From: an uncultured Verrucomicrobiae bacterium
GTDB lineage: Bacteria > Verrucomicrobiota > Verrucomicrobiia > Chthoniobacterales > Chthoniobacteraceae
DNA: 64,000 nt
Direction: 5' to 3'
Assembly (NCBI GenBank): GCA_963769025.1
Contig: CAVYKI010000003.1
Coordinates: 672,001 to 736,000 of the forward strand
Each line of letters begins with the position of its first letter. Position 1 is the first letter of the stretch. The notes under the pieces were generated by a model that searched no databases, was not told where the DNA came from, and was given only the letters and a program-made list of their open reading frames with translations. Made by a program: the position numbers and the translations under genes. Shown here in pieces: positions 10,078 to 21,100 of this stretch.

Positions 10078-10872
10078 ATGAAGACCAATCCCGTCCGTTC
10101 AAAACTCAAGCGCGGCGAGCCGAGCACCGGCACATGGCTCAACCTCGGCGATTCCACCGCCGCGCAGCTCATGGCGCGCACCGGCTTCGACTGGCTCACC
10201 GTCGAGATGGAGCACTCGCACGTCAGCTACGAGCACGCCGCACGGAGTTTTGCCATCATCGCGGCTTCGGGCTGCGTGCCGCTAGTTCGCGTGCCAGTCA
10301 ACACGACGGAAAGCATCAAGCGCGTCCTCGATACCGGCGCGTGGGGCATCATCGTGCCGCTGGTGAATTCACGCGCCGAGTGCGAAGCCGTCGTGCGCGC
10401 GGCGCGCTACCGGCCGGTCGGGCAGCGCACGATCGGCGGGCAGCTCGGCCCGGCTAATTTCGCCACCGACTCCGCGACGTACTTCGCGCGCGCCAACGAC
10501 GAAATCCTCGTCGTGGTGATGGCCGAGACCGCGGACGCCGTCGCGAACATCGACGACATCCTCAGCGTGCCCGGCATCGACGCCGTATTCGTCGGCCCGA
10601 ACGATCTCCACGCCTCGCTCGGTGCCGCGCCCGCATTCGACAGCGACCTCCCCGCGTTCAACGACGCGCTCGCCCGCATCCTCGCGAGTGCAAAAAAGCA
10701 CGGCGTCGCGCCCGGCATCCACGTCCCTGACGCCGCGCAGGCCCGCCGACGAATCGCGGAAGGCTGGCAGTTTATCGCCATCGCGAGCGAAGTCGGCATG
10801 ATGCTCACCCACGCCGCGCAGCTCGTGAAAGACCTCGGCCTCGGCACAGCGGCGGCAGCCGTAAAATATTAG
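10078..10872 (+). CDS. HpcH/HpaI-family class II aldolase (2-keto-3-deoxy sugar-acid aldolase-like)
   Basis: GFDWLTVEMEH, PLVRVP, IKRVLDTGAWGIIVP, VMAET and VPGIDAVFVGPNDL. Confidence 0.9.
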   Translation: MKTNPVRSKLKRGEPSTGTWLNLGDSTAAQLMARTGFDWLTVEMEHSHVSYEHAARSFAIIAASGCVPLVRVPVNTTESIKRVLDTGAWGIIVPLVNSRAECEAVVRAARYRPVGQRTIGGQLGPANFATDSATYFARANDEILVVVMAETADAVANIDDILSVPGIDAVFVGPNDLHASLGAAPAFDSDLPAFNDALARILASAKKHGVAPGIHVPDAAQARRRIAEGWQFIAIASEVGMMLTHAAQLVKDLGLGTAAAAVKY

Positions 10873-11061
10873 CGGTCGGCCCTGAATGCGCAAAGTCTCC
10901 GCTGTCAGGCACCCGGCCGCAATCCACTGCTCGTTTTCGATGGAAAGCGCCCCAACGTCCGGAATTCCCGCTGCCGCTGCGGACAGGGTCACTCACCGCG
11001 CCTCGCCATAAAGCAGCAAGCACAGTTGTCGCACGAGATCGGGGCGTGGACACCGCCGGTC

Positions 11062-12483
11062 TCAGCCTGCACTGGGTGGATCCTGGATGAGTTGCAATCT
11101 CCCGCCGTGCAGCGCGACTTTCCCATGCGTCCTCCATTTGATTACCAGATATGCGACCACGAACGGAAACACGAGAAACACGTGGAAGATGTATCTGGAA
11201 TGCTGCGCAGCAACGAACAGAAACATCAGGAACGTATGGAGTGCCACAGGAACCCCGATCAACAACACCCTGAAATTACGAGTGATGTACGAAGCCGCGA
11301 CGATGGAAAGCAACGAAATCCAAAGGTAAAGGGCTGGTCGATAAAATATGGATTTCAGGATTGGCTTTGACGTATTTTTGACCAACCACCTCAGAAAGCT
11401 TTCGCACCCCGGCGCGAGATGCGCCAACTCGATGCCCATTTCATTGCGATCGATTGCTTCCGGCACTTCATTTACATGTACCCCATATGTCCATGCACCG
11501 CGTGGCTCAAAAGGCTGCCAGATGATCGATGCCATTTTTGGACGGTATCTGGCCAAGAGCGGCCAGTTTTTAAGCCAAACCCTTTTCCAGACCTCGCTGA
11601 TCTCTTTCTCCCGCGTGAAAATTCGCGCCATTCCCGGCGTGTAGATGATGGTGTCAGGAGTATAAATATTGAACCACCCCCTCCATTCCTCCAACGGCAT
11701 TATTTCCCTGATGAATTCCTTCTCCGCCTCGGATAACTGGCCGTTCTTGTAGTATATCACCGACAGGTCGATGCATTTGAGTTGCACCCGGTTGTATTGC
11801 TTGTTTCGTACGACCTTAAACGCGTCGTACACCGGCCATTGGACGAAGACTACAATTAGCGAGCCGATCACCGCCGCAACCAATACCGATCTCCAGAAGC
11901 GAACATAGCACACCAGCACGGCCATCAGCAGTCCCAAGGCCGGGAAGATTCCTTCATGCCGGCACAGGCTGAGCAGTGCACTTCCAAGAGCCAAAATCAA
12001 GATGCTGCGCTTTTTTTCCAGCCATGCTCCGCCTGATTCGACAATCCGGATGCAGCATCCGCTCAAAAGGAGAATCAAAACTCCGAAAGGGATGTCCTTC
12101 TCGAGCGTCACGAGATTCGCTCCGACCATCGGAGAAAGGGCGAGAACAGCCGAGATGGCACCGAGCAGCCACCGGGGCGCCTTCAAACCCTCAAAGGTCG
12201 AGAAAAGGAAGTGAAGCACGCCACCGAAGAAGATAATCTGTGCAAGACCGACCACGCCGGGAGTATTCCAAAGGCGCGCCAGGAGAGAATAAATGATGGG
12301 GACAAATCCGGTGTGCAGTTCATCAATATTTCCGTAAACCGCACCACCCCACATATATAGCGAGTCGGCATTCATCATGCCCGGGAAAAAAGCCATCCAC
12401 CAAACCAGGCAGGATAGCACAGGGACTATGGAATAAACCCATGCCAGGGTTTTCGGTCGGCTTTTTAACTGTATTTCGTCCAT
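11062..12483 (-). CDS. Polytopic membrane protein, DUF6020 / GT-C glycosyltransferase-like (low GC)
   Basis: Many TM helices; FFPGMMNADS loop after TM1; KDIPF, RHEG and SRY motifs; large periplasmic loop. Start at 12483 or 12513. Confidence 0.65.
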   Translation of the reverse strand: MDEIQLKSRPKTLAWVYSIVPVLSCLVWWMAFFPGMMNADSLYMWGGAVYGNIDELHTGFVPIIYSLLARLWNTPGVVGLAQIIFFGGVLHFLFSTFEGLKAPRWLLGAISAVLALSPMVGANLVTLEKDIPFGVLILLLSGCCIRIVESGGAWLEKKRSILILALGSALLSLCRHEGIFPALGLLMAVLVCYVRFWRSVLVAAVIGSLIVVFVQWPVYDAFKVVRNKQYNRVQLKCIDLSVIYYKNGQLSEAEKEFIREIMPLEEWRGWFNIYTPDTIIYTPGMARIFTREKEISEVWKRVWLKNWPLLARYRPKMASIIWQPFEPRGAWTYGVHVNEVPEAIDRNEMGIELAHLAPGCESFLRWLVKNTSKPILKSIFYRPALYLWISLLSIVAASYITRNFRVLLIGVPVALHTFLMFLFVAAQHSRYIFHVFLVFPFVVAYLVIKWRTHGKVALHGGRLQLIQDPPSAG

Positions 12484-12632
12484 CTGCAATGGGCCACGAT
12501 CGATACCAATCAAATTATCGCTGGCTGATGTCGGATTTCGGAATTGATGTCAATCCGGGCTTCGCGGGGGAGGACTCCAAAAATCGAATTGGCCCGGCTA
12601 TCGGGGGCGAGTCCTTGGGCGACCGGCGGGGC

Positions 12633-14957
12633 TCACTTCGGCTTCGCAACGAGCATCACCGGGCGGAGCAGCCCGCCAAGCGATAGGTCCGTAATCTGTG
12701 AATGATCGACGCGCACGGCGATGGTGTTTTCACCGGGCTTCATGGCGGCCGTCACGTCGAGTTCAAAGGGCGATCGAGGTTTGGCCATTCCCTCGCGTGG
12801 CGGCTTCACGCCGGGCGCGACCGCTTTTTGCGCGTTCTGATACTGAGCAGGCACGGCGATTTTCTCGCCATTCACATAGACCTCGGACTTTCCGTCCACT
12901 TCGGTGAAAAGGAGCGCGAGGTTTTCGTGTTCCTGCGGCGCGACGAGCTTCGTGCGATACCATAGGACAGTGTTCTTGTCGTATCCTTGCGCATCGAGCG
13001 TGGTGCTGAAGGTCGCGACGAGCGGCCATGCGTCGTCCTTGAATTCGGCCCGGTGGAAGCCCTGCTCGTTGCCATCGTCCGCCTCGTCGAAGCTGAAGCG
13101 CCAGCGGTCGGGCATGACTTGCAGCACACGGTTCGGCGCGGCGGTCAGCGCCGCACCCTGGAGCACCTGCGCGCTGAGGAAGCGCTTCAGGTACGACGTC
13201 GCGTATTCGCGATTCGCAGTGCCATTCGCGATGAGCGACTGCAGGCGTTCGACGGTCGCCTCGTATTCGCGCTTTGCGGCGGCAAAATCACCGCGATTCA
13301 TCGCATCGGAGATCGTGCGATAGGCGCGCGCGCTGCGAAGGCCCTCGGCGTGCAAGGCGACGCGCTGCTCGTATGCGGCGTCGCCTTTTGCTGCCGCCGC
13401 CGCTTTTGCGAACAGGCCCTCGCAGTGCGCCAGAAACTCCGGCGTGTAGATTTGCCCGAGGCCAAAAAAACTGCCGGCGTGCGATTGGAGCTGCTGTTGC
13501 GCCGCGTCGAGCCCCATCCAGTACGCCTTCATGTGCGGCGCGGCCTTGGGGCCGTAAAATTTCACCCAGTAATCCTCCATGATCGCCGCCGCGTCGGCCC
13601 GTGGATCGTACGCGAGGCGCAGGCTGAGATAGATCTGCGGGCCGTAGATGTGCCAGTTCGAGAGCACCTCGATCGTCATGTAGGACAGGCCCTTGTCGGC
13701 GAGGTACGGGAACTCCTTCCGGCACGCGCTGAACTTGAACATGGGCAGCGTGCCGTCCGCGAGGTTGTACATGTAGTTGTAGTAGCCGAGCCGGCTGGCC
13801 ACCGCGGCCCATCCTTGCGTCATCTGCACCTGCTGCTCGCGCGAGGTGCAGCCGGGATGACCGATGGGATGCAGGCGGCAATAGCGGATCGGCGCGATCA
13901 TCGCGCACATGTTTGGCCCGAGCTGGCGCGGCACCGTCGGCGGCTGCGTGTAGTCGGCGTAGCAGTAGAAGCTCAGCACGGACGCGGGATGCTCCTTCGC
14001 CACGCGACGTCCGACCCAATCGAAAAAATCGAGGTAGCGGTTCGTGACAGCGACCCGTCCGCTCGACGGCTCGAACGCCTTCGGATCATCCTGCGCCATG
14101 CATGCCGGGCACTGGCAATAGCCTCGGCCATCCGTCGGCGAGAGCGAGGGGTGCCGCGTTCCTTTTTCAATGGCCGCGATGACACCCTGGGCGAAGTGCT
14201 CGCGCAGTCCTGGATTCGATGTGCAAAGCCATCCGCCTTGCTTGCGCTGCCCATCCGCTCCCATCGCGAAGAACTCGGGATGCCCGGCAAACAGCGATGG
14301 CGGGACGTAATTTCCCCACGAGTGCGAATGCCCGAACGGCTCGCCGCCCGCGCCGTTCCACGCCTTCCACAGGCGGGCATTCCAGCTCGGCCCCTTGGGA
14401 TTCCGCCACTGTAAGCCGGGCTTCGCGGTGATGTTCATCGCCTTGACGGAAAGCGTGGTCGAACGCGGGAAGACTTCGCCGAGCGGGCCGTCCATCAGAT
14501 AGCGGCACCCCAGTTCCTCCAAAAAGCGGCATACTGCCGTCAACGTCGCTGCGTCATTCTGCCCGCCGACCAGCACACGCCTTTCATCCGCCAAGATGCG
14601 CAACCCTTCGTGGCTCGCGCTCTCGATGTCGTCGAGCTTCAGCCCGGCCGCCACCGCGGCCCTGCCGACAAATATCGCCGGCGAATCTTCGGGTGCCTTG
14701 TCGGCGACTGGCAGCTCCACGTCGGTGATCTTTTTCACCCACTCGACCAGCGTCCGCACCGCGAGCGCCTCGTCGGTTTCGGCACCTTGCCTTTTCCGCG
14801 CTCCTTTGCCCTTTGCCGGCGGTGCTTCAGCCGCAGGTGGCGCCGCGATCACGATCGTGGCGAGAGGCTTCCCGTCGCGAACGAGATCCAGCGCGTGCGT
14901 CTGAACCAATGAAGCGACGAGGGCGCAAAGCGTGACGGCGAGCAGCGAACTTTTCAT
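12633..14957 (-). CDS. DUF4838-domain secreted protein with a C-terminal sugar-binding jelly-roll
   Basis: Signal peptide MKSSLLAVTLCALVASLVQTHA; FLEELGCR, HSHSW..HPEFFA, LCTSNP, CQCPAC, YADYTQPP; C-terminal WYR..VDG..VYVNG..GENTIAVRV. Confidence 0.8.
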   Translation of the reverse strand: MKSSLLAVTLCALVASLVQTHALDLVRDGKPLATIVIAAPPAAEAPPAKGKGARKRQGAETDEALAVRTLVEWVKKITDVELPVADKAPEDSPAIFVGRAAVAAGLKLDDIESASHEGLRILADERRVLVGGQNDAATLTAVCRFLEELGCRYLMDGPLGEVFPRSTTLSVKAMNITAKPGLQWRNPKGPSWNARLWKAWNGAGGEPFGHSHSWGNYVPPSLFAGHPEFFAMGADGQRKQGGWLCTSNPGLREHFAQGVIAAIEKGTRHPSLSPTDGRGYCQCPACMAQDDPKAFEPSSGRVAVTNRYLDFFDWVGRRVAKEHPASVLSFYCYADYTQPPTVPRQLGPNMCAMIAPIRYCRLHPIGHPGCTSREQQVQMTQGWAAVASRLGYYNYMYNLADGTLPMFKFSACRKEFPYLADKGLSYMTIEVLSNWHIYGPQIYLSLRLAYDPRADAAAIMEDYWVKFYGPKAAPHMKAYWMGLDAAQQQLQSHAGSFFGLGQIYTPEFLAHCEGLFAKAAAAAKGDAAYEQRVALHAEGLRSARAYRTISDAMNRGDFAAAKREYEATVERLQSLIANGTANREYATSYLKRFLSAQVLQGAALTAAPNRVLQVMPDRWRFSFDEADDGNEQGFHRAEFKDDAWPLVATFSTTLDAQGYDKNTVLWYRTKLVAPQEHENLALLFTEVDGKSEVYVNGEKIAVPAQYQNAQKAVAPGVKPPREGMAKPRSPFELDVTAAMKPGENTIAVRVDHSQITDLSLGGLLRPVMLVAKPK

Positions 14958-15163
14958 GGGCGAGGGGGGGACAATCGGACGGTTTCCCGATTGGCTCCCA
15001 AGCTGCCTCAGATCGTGGACCCGGATCAATCCCTCTCACCAGCGATAGCGCCGCATGCAGCAGCATCTCGGCGCGGGACGGAATGCAGTCATCCAACGCT
15101 TCCGTCGCGCCGTCACTACGTGACACTCGTCCCGTTGCCCGGTCACGGGATGGCCGTGGCTGA

Positions 15164-18100
15164 TTACACGCCTTCGCTGCGGGTGCGCCGAGTGCGCCGC
15201 CGCTCACGGTAGCCGATCAGCGCGCACAGGGCGATCGAGCCGATCAGGGCCGACGTGGCAGGTTCCGGCACCGGGACGATTTCGTACGAGCCGGCGTCGA
15301 ATTGCAGCGCGTTGTAGCCGCTGCCAAATCCGGCGAACGAGATGTCCATCTGGCCGAACGAGCTGGTGAACTCGCTGGTGAGACCGGCGAAGATGAGCCG
15401 GTCGTGAAGGCCGTCCACCCCTTCGCCGAATCCGCTCCCGTTCCAGTTGCCGCTCCAATTTTCGATCGTAAGCGTGGTGCCGCCGGTGTGCGTCCCCAAT
15501 CCCGCGAAGCTCAGGAGGCCCGCAGCCCCGGTTCCGAAATCGAGCGTGGAATTGAGGCTCAGCGTCAGCAACCCGAGGCCGACGGTCGGCGTCGCTCCGC
15601 CGGAGCCTTCGCTGGTGCCGGCGAGGCCGGTCTGCAGCTTGCCGCCATTGAGGATCACTTCGGCGACGTTGTTGATGACGTTGTTTCCGCTCAGGAGCAA
15701 TGTGCCACCGGTGTTCACCTGGATGCTTGCCGTCCCGCTGAGGCTCCCCTGGACATCCATGATGCCCGCGGCGATCACAGTCGCGCCCTTGTAGTCGCTT
15801 TGCGAAGTGACCACCATCGTCCCCGCGCCCGCCTTGGTCAGCGGTTCAAAGGGATTGGCAGCGGCGCCCGTGATCGGACTCGCGACCGTGAGCGTGGTTC
15901 CCGGGGCGGTCTCCACCGTGTTCGTCTGGGATGGCGAGAGATCCAGCGTGATGCCGCGCGTGGGCGCGATGGCCATGTCTGCCGTGGTCTGCAGCGTGCC
16001 GCCGATGAAGCGCAGCGAATCGGGACGCGGGTCGATGTGGACACGTCCGAGGCTGGTGTCCGCGGCCACGGAAAGTCTGCCCTCTTCGAGGATGGTGCCG
16101 CCCTGGTATTCGTTCACGCCGTTGAGCGTGAGCGTGTCGGCGCCCTTCTTGTAGAGGGTCACCGAGCCGTTGATCTGGCCGTCGTAGCTGCTGGGCGTGG
16201 CGGTGTTCACCGTCAGCGTCTTGACGCCAAAACCGCTGTTATTGATCGAGCCGCCGGGACCGGTGAGGCTGGCGATCTCCTGGTTGTAGCCGTTCAGATC
16301 GAGGATGCCGGACGAACCTGCACCGCGCGTATTCACGCCGGTGGTCACGGCCAGCGCGTTGTCGCGACCGATCTGGATGATGCCCGCATCCACGATGAGG
16401 TTGTTGAACGTGTTGCTGCCCGCGAGCTTGATCACGTCCTGGCCGGTCTTCGTCAGGTCAAAGTTGCCGGTGATGTTGCCATCGATCACGAGGTACGAGC
16501 CGCGCAGGCCGACGTTGCTCGGGTCGAGGTTCGTCGTCGTGTTCAGCTTGCCCATGTCGTAGAAGATGCTGTTCGCGCCGTTCGAGACGCCGGCGGGATA
16601 GATCTGGCCGAGGAAGGAATTGGCGGTCAGGTTGATCGTCACGCCTTCGCGGATCGTCTGGATGATCGCGAACTCATCGTAGTCGAGCGGCTGGTAGCCC
16701 ATGATGGAGCCGCCGGAGAGATTGATGGTGCGTGAAGACGGAGTCGTCACATCGGTGAAGATCTGCAAATGCACCCCGTCCGGCAGCGTGTAGGTGCCGG
16801 TGGAGCCGCGAGCGTCGCTCACCGCCCAGCGCTCGATGGAGCCGGCTTCCTGCTGCAAGGTCGCGGTCGGGACGAAGTTCGACACGGCGATTTCCATCGC
16901 GGCCGTCGAGCGCAGGTTCGCGGTGATGAAGCTGTTTCCGAACGCGCCATTGTGCGTCACGCGCACCGTGCCGTCGCCGACGCTGAAGGTGTGCGGGTTC
17001 AAGGCGGTGCCCGTAAAGGAGGCGCTGTTGTCGCCGAGGGTCAGGACGCCGTCGCCGCTCATGCGCACGTCGTAGAGGCCCTGGTTGTTCAGGCCGCCGA
17101 CGCCGCTGCCGGCACCGAGCTGCACGCCGCTGGTGGAGCCGGGGCCGAAGCTGGTGGCATCCACGCTGATCATGTAGTTGTCGTACAGTGTCACCGTCCC
17201 GGTGCGGATCGTGTGGCGCGAGCCGTCCGACTGGAAGAAGACGATGCCTTCATGTCCGCCGCCGGTGGTCTTCAGGTCGATGGCGGGAATCTGATCGAGC
17301 CGGTCGTTCGCGGCGACGGACCGGATCTGTCCCATGTCGTTGACGGTGATTTTGCCGCCGCTCCACGTGAAGAGGTCGGGCGTGCCGCTGTTGAACTGGT
17401 AGCGCACCTCCGCGAGCTGAACGTGTTGTCGTTGTCGGTCATGTGCGCGCCGTTGAGGATGACCTCGCCGGTGCTCGCCGCGCCGGGTGTCTGGAAGCGC
17501 AGGAGGCCGCCATTGACCACCCAGTTGCCGGTGAACTGCGGCTGGTCGGTGTCGATGCTCAGCGTGTTCGTCCCCGACTTGGTGACCTGGCTGGCGTAGA
17601 TCTTGCCGTTGATGGCCAGCGTGCCGGTCGTGACCCAGATGAGCGCCTCGCCCGTGCCGTCTCCGGCGGCTCCGAAGTAGAGATCGGGATTCAGCGTGGC
17701 CGTGAGATTGCTGCCGACCATGAGGCCGCCGCTGCGGATGGTGATCCTCCTGAACACGTTGTTCGTGCTGTTGTTGATATTCCGATCCGTGCGCAGCGCC
17801 CAGACGTCGAGATTGATGCCCAGCGTCGCGGTGGCGGATTGGAGGTTGAGGATCTCGGTGCCGTCGTTGAGCGAAAGCGTGCTGCCGGTGAGGGTGCCGC
17901 CCGACGAGGTCTTGTAGTTCGCCGGCACCGCAGAGGTCGAAGTGTCGGTGAGGATCTGGAAGCCGTACGTCGCGTCGTACTTCAGGAACTGGTTGTCATT
18001 CCGGCTCACGATCCACGGATCGACCATGTTGTTGTTCACCGGGACCTGGCCTGCGGTGGCTCCGACGCCGGAAGTCACGATGAAGTGATCCGTGTTGACC

Positions 18101-21100
18101 GTGCCGGGAACCCCGAGCAGCCCGGCATCGTGGCGGAGACTCAGCGTGCCCCACTGGCCGATGCCCGACGCGACTTTGCGGAAGATATTGCTGGTTTCCA
18201 GTTCGGCGCCGAATCCCGTGGTGCGCCGGACGGTGACTTCGGAGCCGCCGCCGACGGTGATGTCGCCGACGACTTCCCGGTTTGCCGCATGGTCGGTGTT
18301 GTCTCCGACCATGTCGATCACCGCGCTGAAGAGCGTGATCGGCGCGGTGTCCGCCCAGCGACCGCCGCCGCCGATGGTGCCGCCAGCCTGGGTGCCGGTG
18401 GTGCCGCTGCCGGTGAAGGGCGTGTTATTGTCGAAGCGCAGACGCGAGCCGCCGTGAAACACCCAGATGTTGGCGTTGGTGGTCGCGCTGTTGGCTGCGG
18501 TGCCGGAGGCGCCTTCGATGCGGACCTCTCCGAAGACATCCACCTGCCCGGTGCCCAGCGGCGTGCGGAATGTGGTCCCGGTGCTGACCGCGCCGCCCTG
18601 CAGCGACAGGGCGACCCCGCGATACCCGCCGTCGCGATGGCGGGACCGGGTGAGCAGCGTGCCACCGTCGTAGGTGTTGTTGCCGTTGGTATTGAAGGTG
18701 ATGGTGCCGTAGCCCATCACGGCATCCATCACGCCGATGATCATCTTGTTCTCGGTGCCAATGCCTCCTGCCGCGAACTGATCCGCGCCTGCCGTCGCCG
18801 GCTGAAGCGTCATCGTAGCCGTGCCGCCGCCGATCCGGAACTCGCGACCTCCCGTGCCCCAAGGCGTCACGCTGTTCGCAGTCAGGTTGCCGTTGCCGTC
18901 GCCGGAGCCGATAAACCAGTTGGCAAACACGCCGCCGTCGCGCGTCGCCATGAGCGGATCGGCCGAAAGGCTTTGGTTGTTGTCGATGCCCAGCACGCCA
19001 AAGGCCGTGCCGCTGATCACACCCGGGACTGCCAGCGCGGCGGTGATGGAATTGAAGTTGGCGATGGTGCGCGTGCCGATGACCGGGAGCGCCGTGCCGC
19101 TGGTGAAGACCTTCGTGAGGCCGGTCGTCCCGAGCTGCGAGGTGCTGCTGAGCGAAAGTGCGGACCCTGCGAAGAACTGCACCGGACCCGTGCCGAGCGT
19201 GGCGTTCGTCTGGGCCATCCGGGTGTGGCCCTGGAAGTTGTTGTAGCCGCCGGAAAACGTATTGGCCACGTTGTTGTTGAAATACATGAAGTACTGGCCG
19301 GCCTTGTTGAGGGTGCCCGTGCCGCTCACCAGTCCGTTCAGGAACAGGTCCGTGCTGTCCACGCGGAAGAACGGGCTGCCACTCACCACCACCTGGCTTT
19401 CGATGATGATGTCATCCCCGAAGCTCGCGGCCTGGAAGATGACGTAGGGGCTGTTGGTGGTGCGGAAGAAATTCCCGCTCGGCGAGCCGTTCACGCCGAT
19501 GGTGCGGTTGGCCGCGGAGGCACCGCCATTCCGATCAGTGATGAAGGTCACCTGTCCGTTCACCGAGATGTCCTGCCCGGCGGCTGTGAAGACGCTGGAG
19601 TTTCCATTCTGCGCCATGCGCACGATGCCGAAGTTCAATTCAATGTCGCCCGTGCCGCCGACGTCCGAGCCATTGACCGAAGTCACGCGCCATTCACCCG
19701 CATTCAGCGTGAAGCCGCCGGTGAAGCCGGTGTTGGTTCCGTCAAAGCGAAGCACGCCGCCGCCCGTCTTCACGATGGGCGCCGCGCTGGTGATGTTTCC
19801 CTGCAAGTTCCAAGTCGCGGTGTTGACGTTCATGCCCACGGCGCTCGTGCCGCCGATGGTCGTCGTGCCGAGCACGTTCGTGTTGGAGTTGCTGTTGTTC
19901 ATCCGGATCAGCGTGCCCGCGGGCCCGTCCGTGCCGAGGATGTTCAGGTTGTTGAACTGCACCGCCGTGGTGGTGGCGGCTCCGGTGTAGCGCTCCGCCT
20001 GGATCTGCGCGTAGGGGACATTCGCCGCGACGGTCACATCCAGGTTGAATGTCGTGGTGGTGCTGTCGTGCCGCAGGCGCAGGTCGGCAAACTGGTTGCC
20101 ATTGAAGTTATTCGCGTAGTCGGCACCGAGGATGATCGCGGTGGCCGTGCCCACCGTGCCCGCATCCATCGAGGTACAGGCGTCCGCCATTCATCTGGAT
20201 GGTGCCGGTGATGGCGTTGGCGTTATTGGTCAGTCTGGAACCCGCCGGGGCCGTCAAAGGTGAGATTCGCGGCCGTGACGACGCCGCCGAAACGGGAGTT
20301 CGGCGTGCTGTGGCCGCCAAAGACGATGCCTTCCACCGGCGTCGTGCCGTCGCCGAAGTAGATGTCCGTGGTGTTGAAGTTGACACGGTTGGAATCGTCG
20401 CTGCCGAGGATGAGGCCGCCGCTGTGGATGTTGATCTGGCCGCCGTTGAAGATCATGTCCTGCGTCCCGCTGAACTCGTCCACCCGCAGCGCATAGACAT
20501 TGTAGGTGCCGGTGAGCGTGTTGTTGCCGTTCGCCGAGGAATTGTTGGGGTTGAACTGTTCGACGGATGTGGACGTGGCCGCACCGAAGAAGGCATCGCC
20601 GCCGACAGCCGCGTTCGCCGCGAACGGCGCATTCTGATAGCCGAGGTTGATGTCGTAACTGAGGAAGTTCCGGCGTGTCTGATTGATCATCCACGGGGCC
20701 ACGATGCCGTTTGTGAGCGTGGGCGTCACCGCGTTGAAGAGCTTCATCGATTCCAGATTCACCGAACCGAGCTCGTTCGCATTCTCACGCACCGCGAGCG
20801 TGGCCTGGCCGCTGCGGACGATGTCCGCGACATTCAGGCTGATCTGGCCGTTGGTGCCGTTCCGCTCCAGGGTGATGCCCGCCCCGCTCTTGATGGTGAC
20901 GACGCCTACGGTTTCCTGGTTCGCACGACCGCTGCTGATTGATCAGGTTGAGCCCCGCGCCGTCGAGGAGGAGCGGGGTGGTGTCGCCCAGCTTATTCTC
21001 GGTGGCCTCGGTGCCGAGATTGCTCTCGTTCAGGCGCGACGTCATGAAGCTGTCATTCACGTCCATGTTGTAGTCGAGGCGCAGGTTGCCGCCGGGGCGG

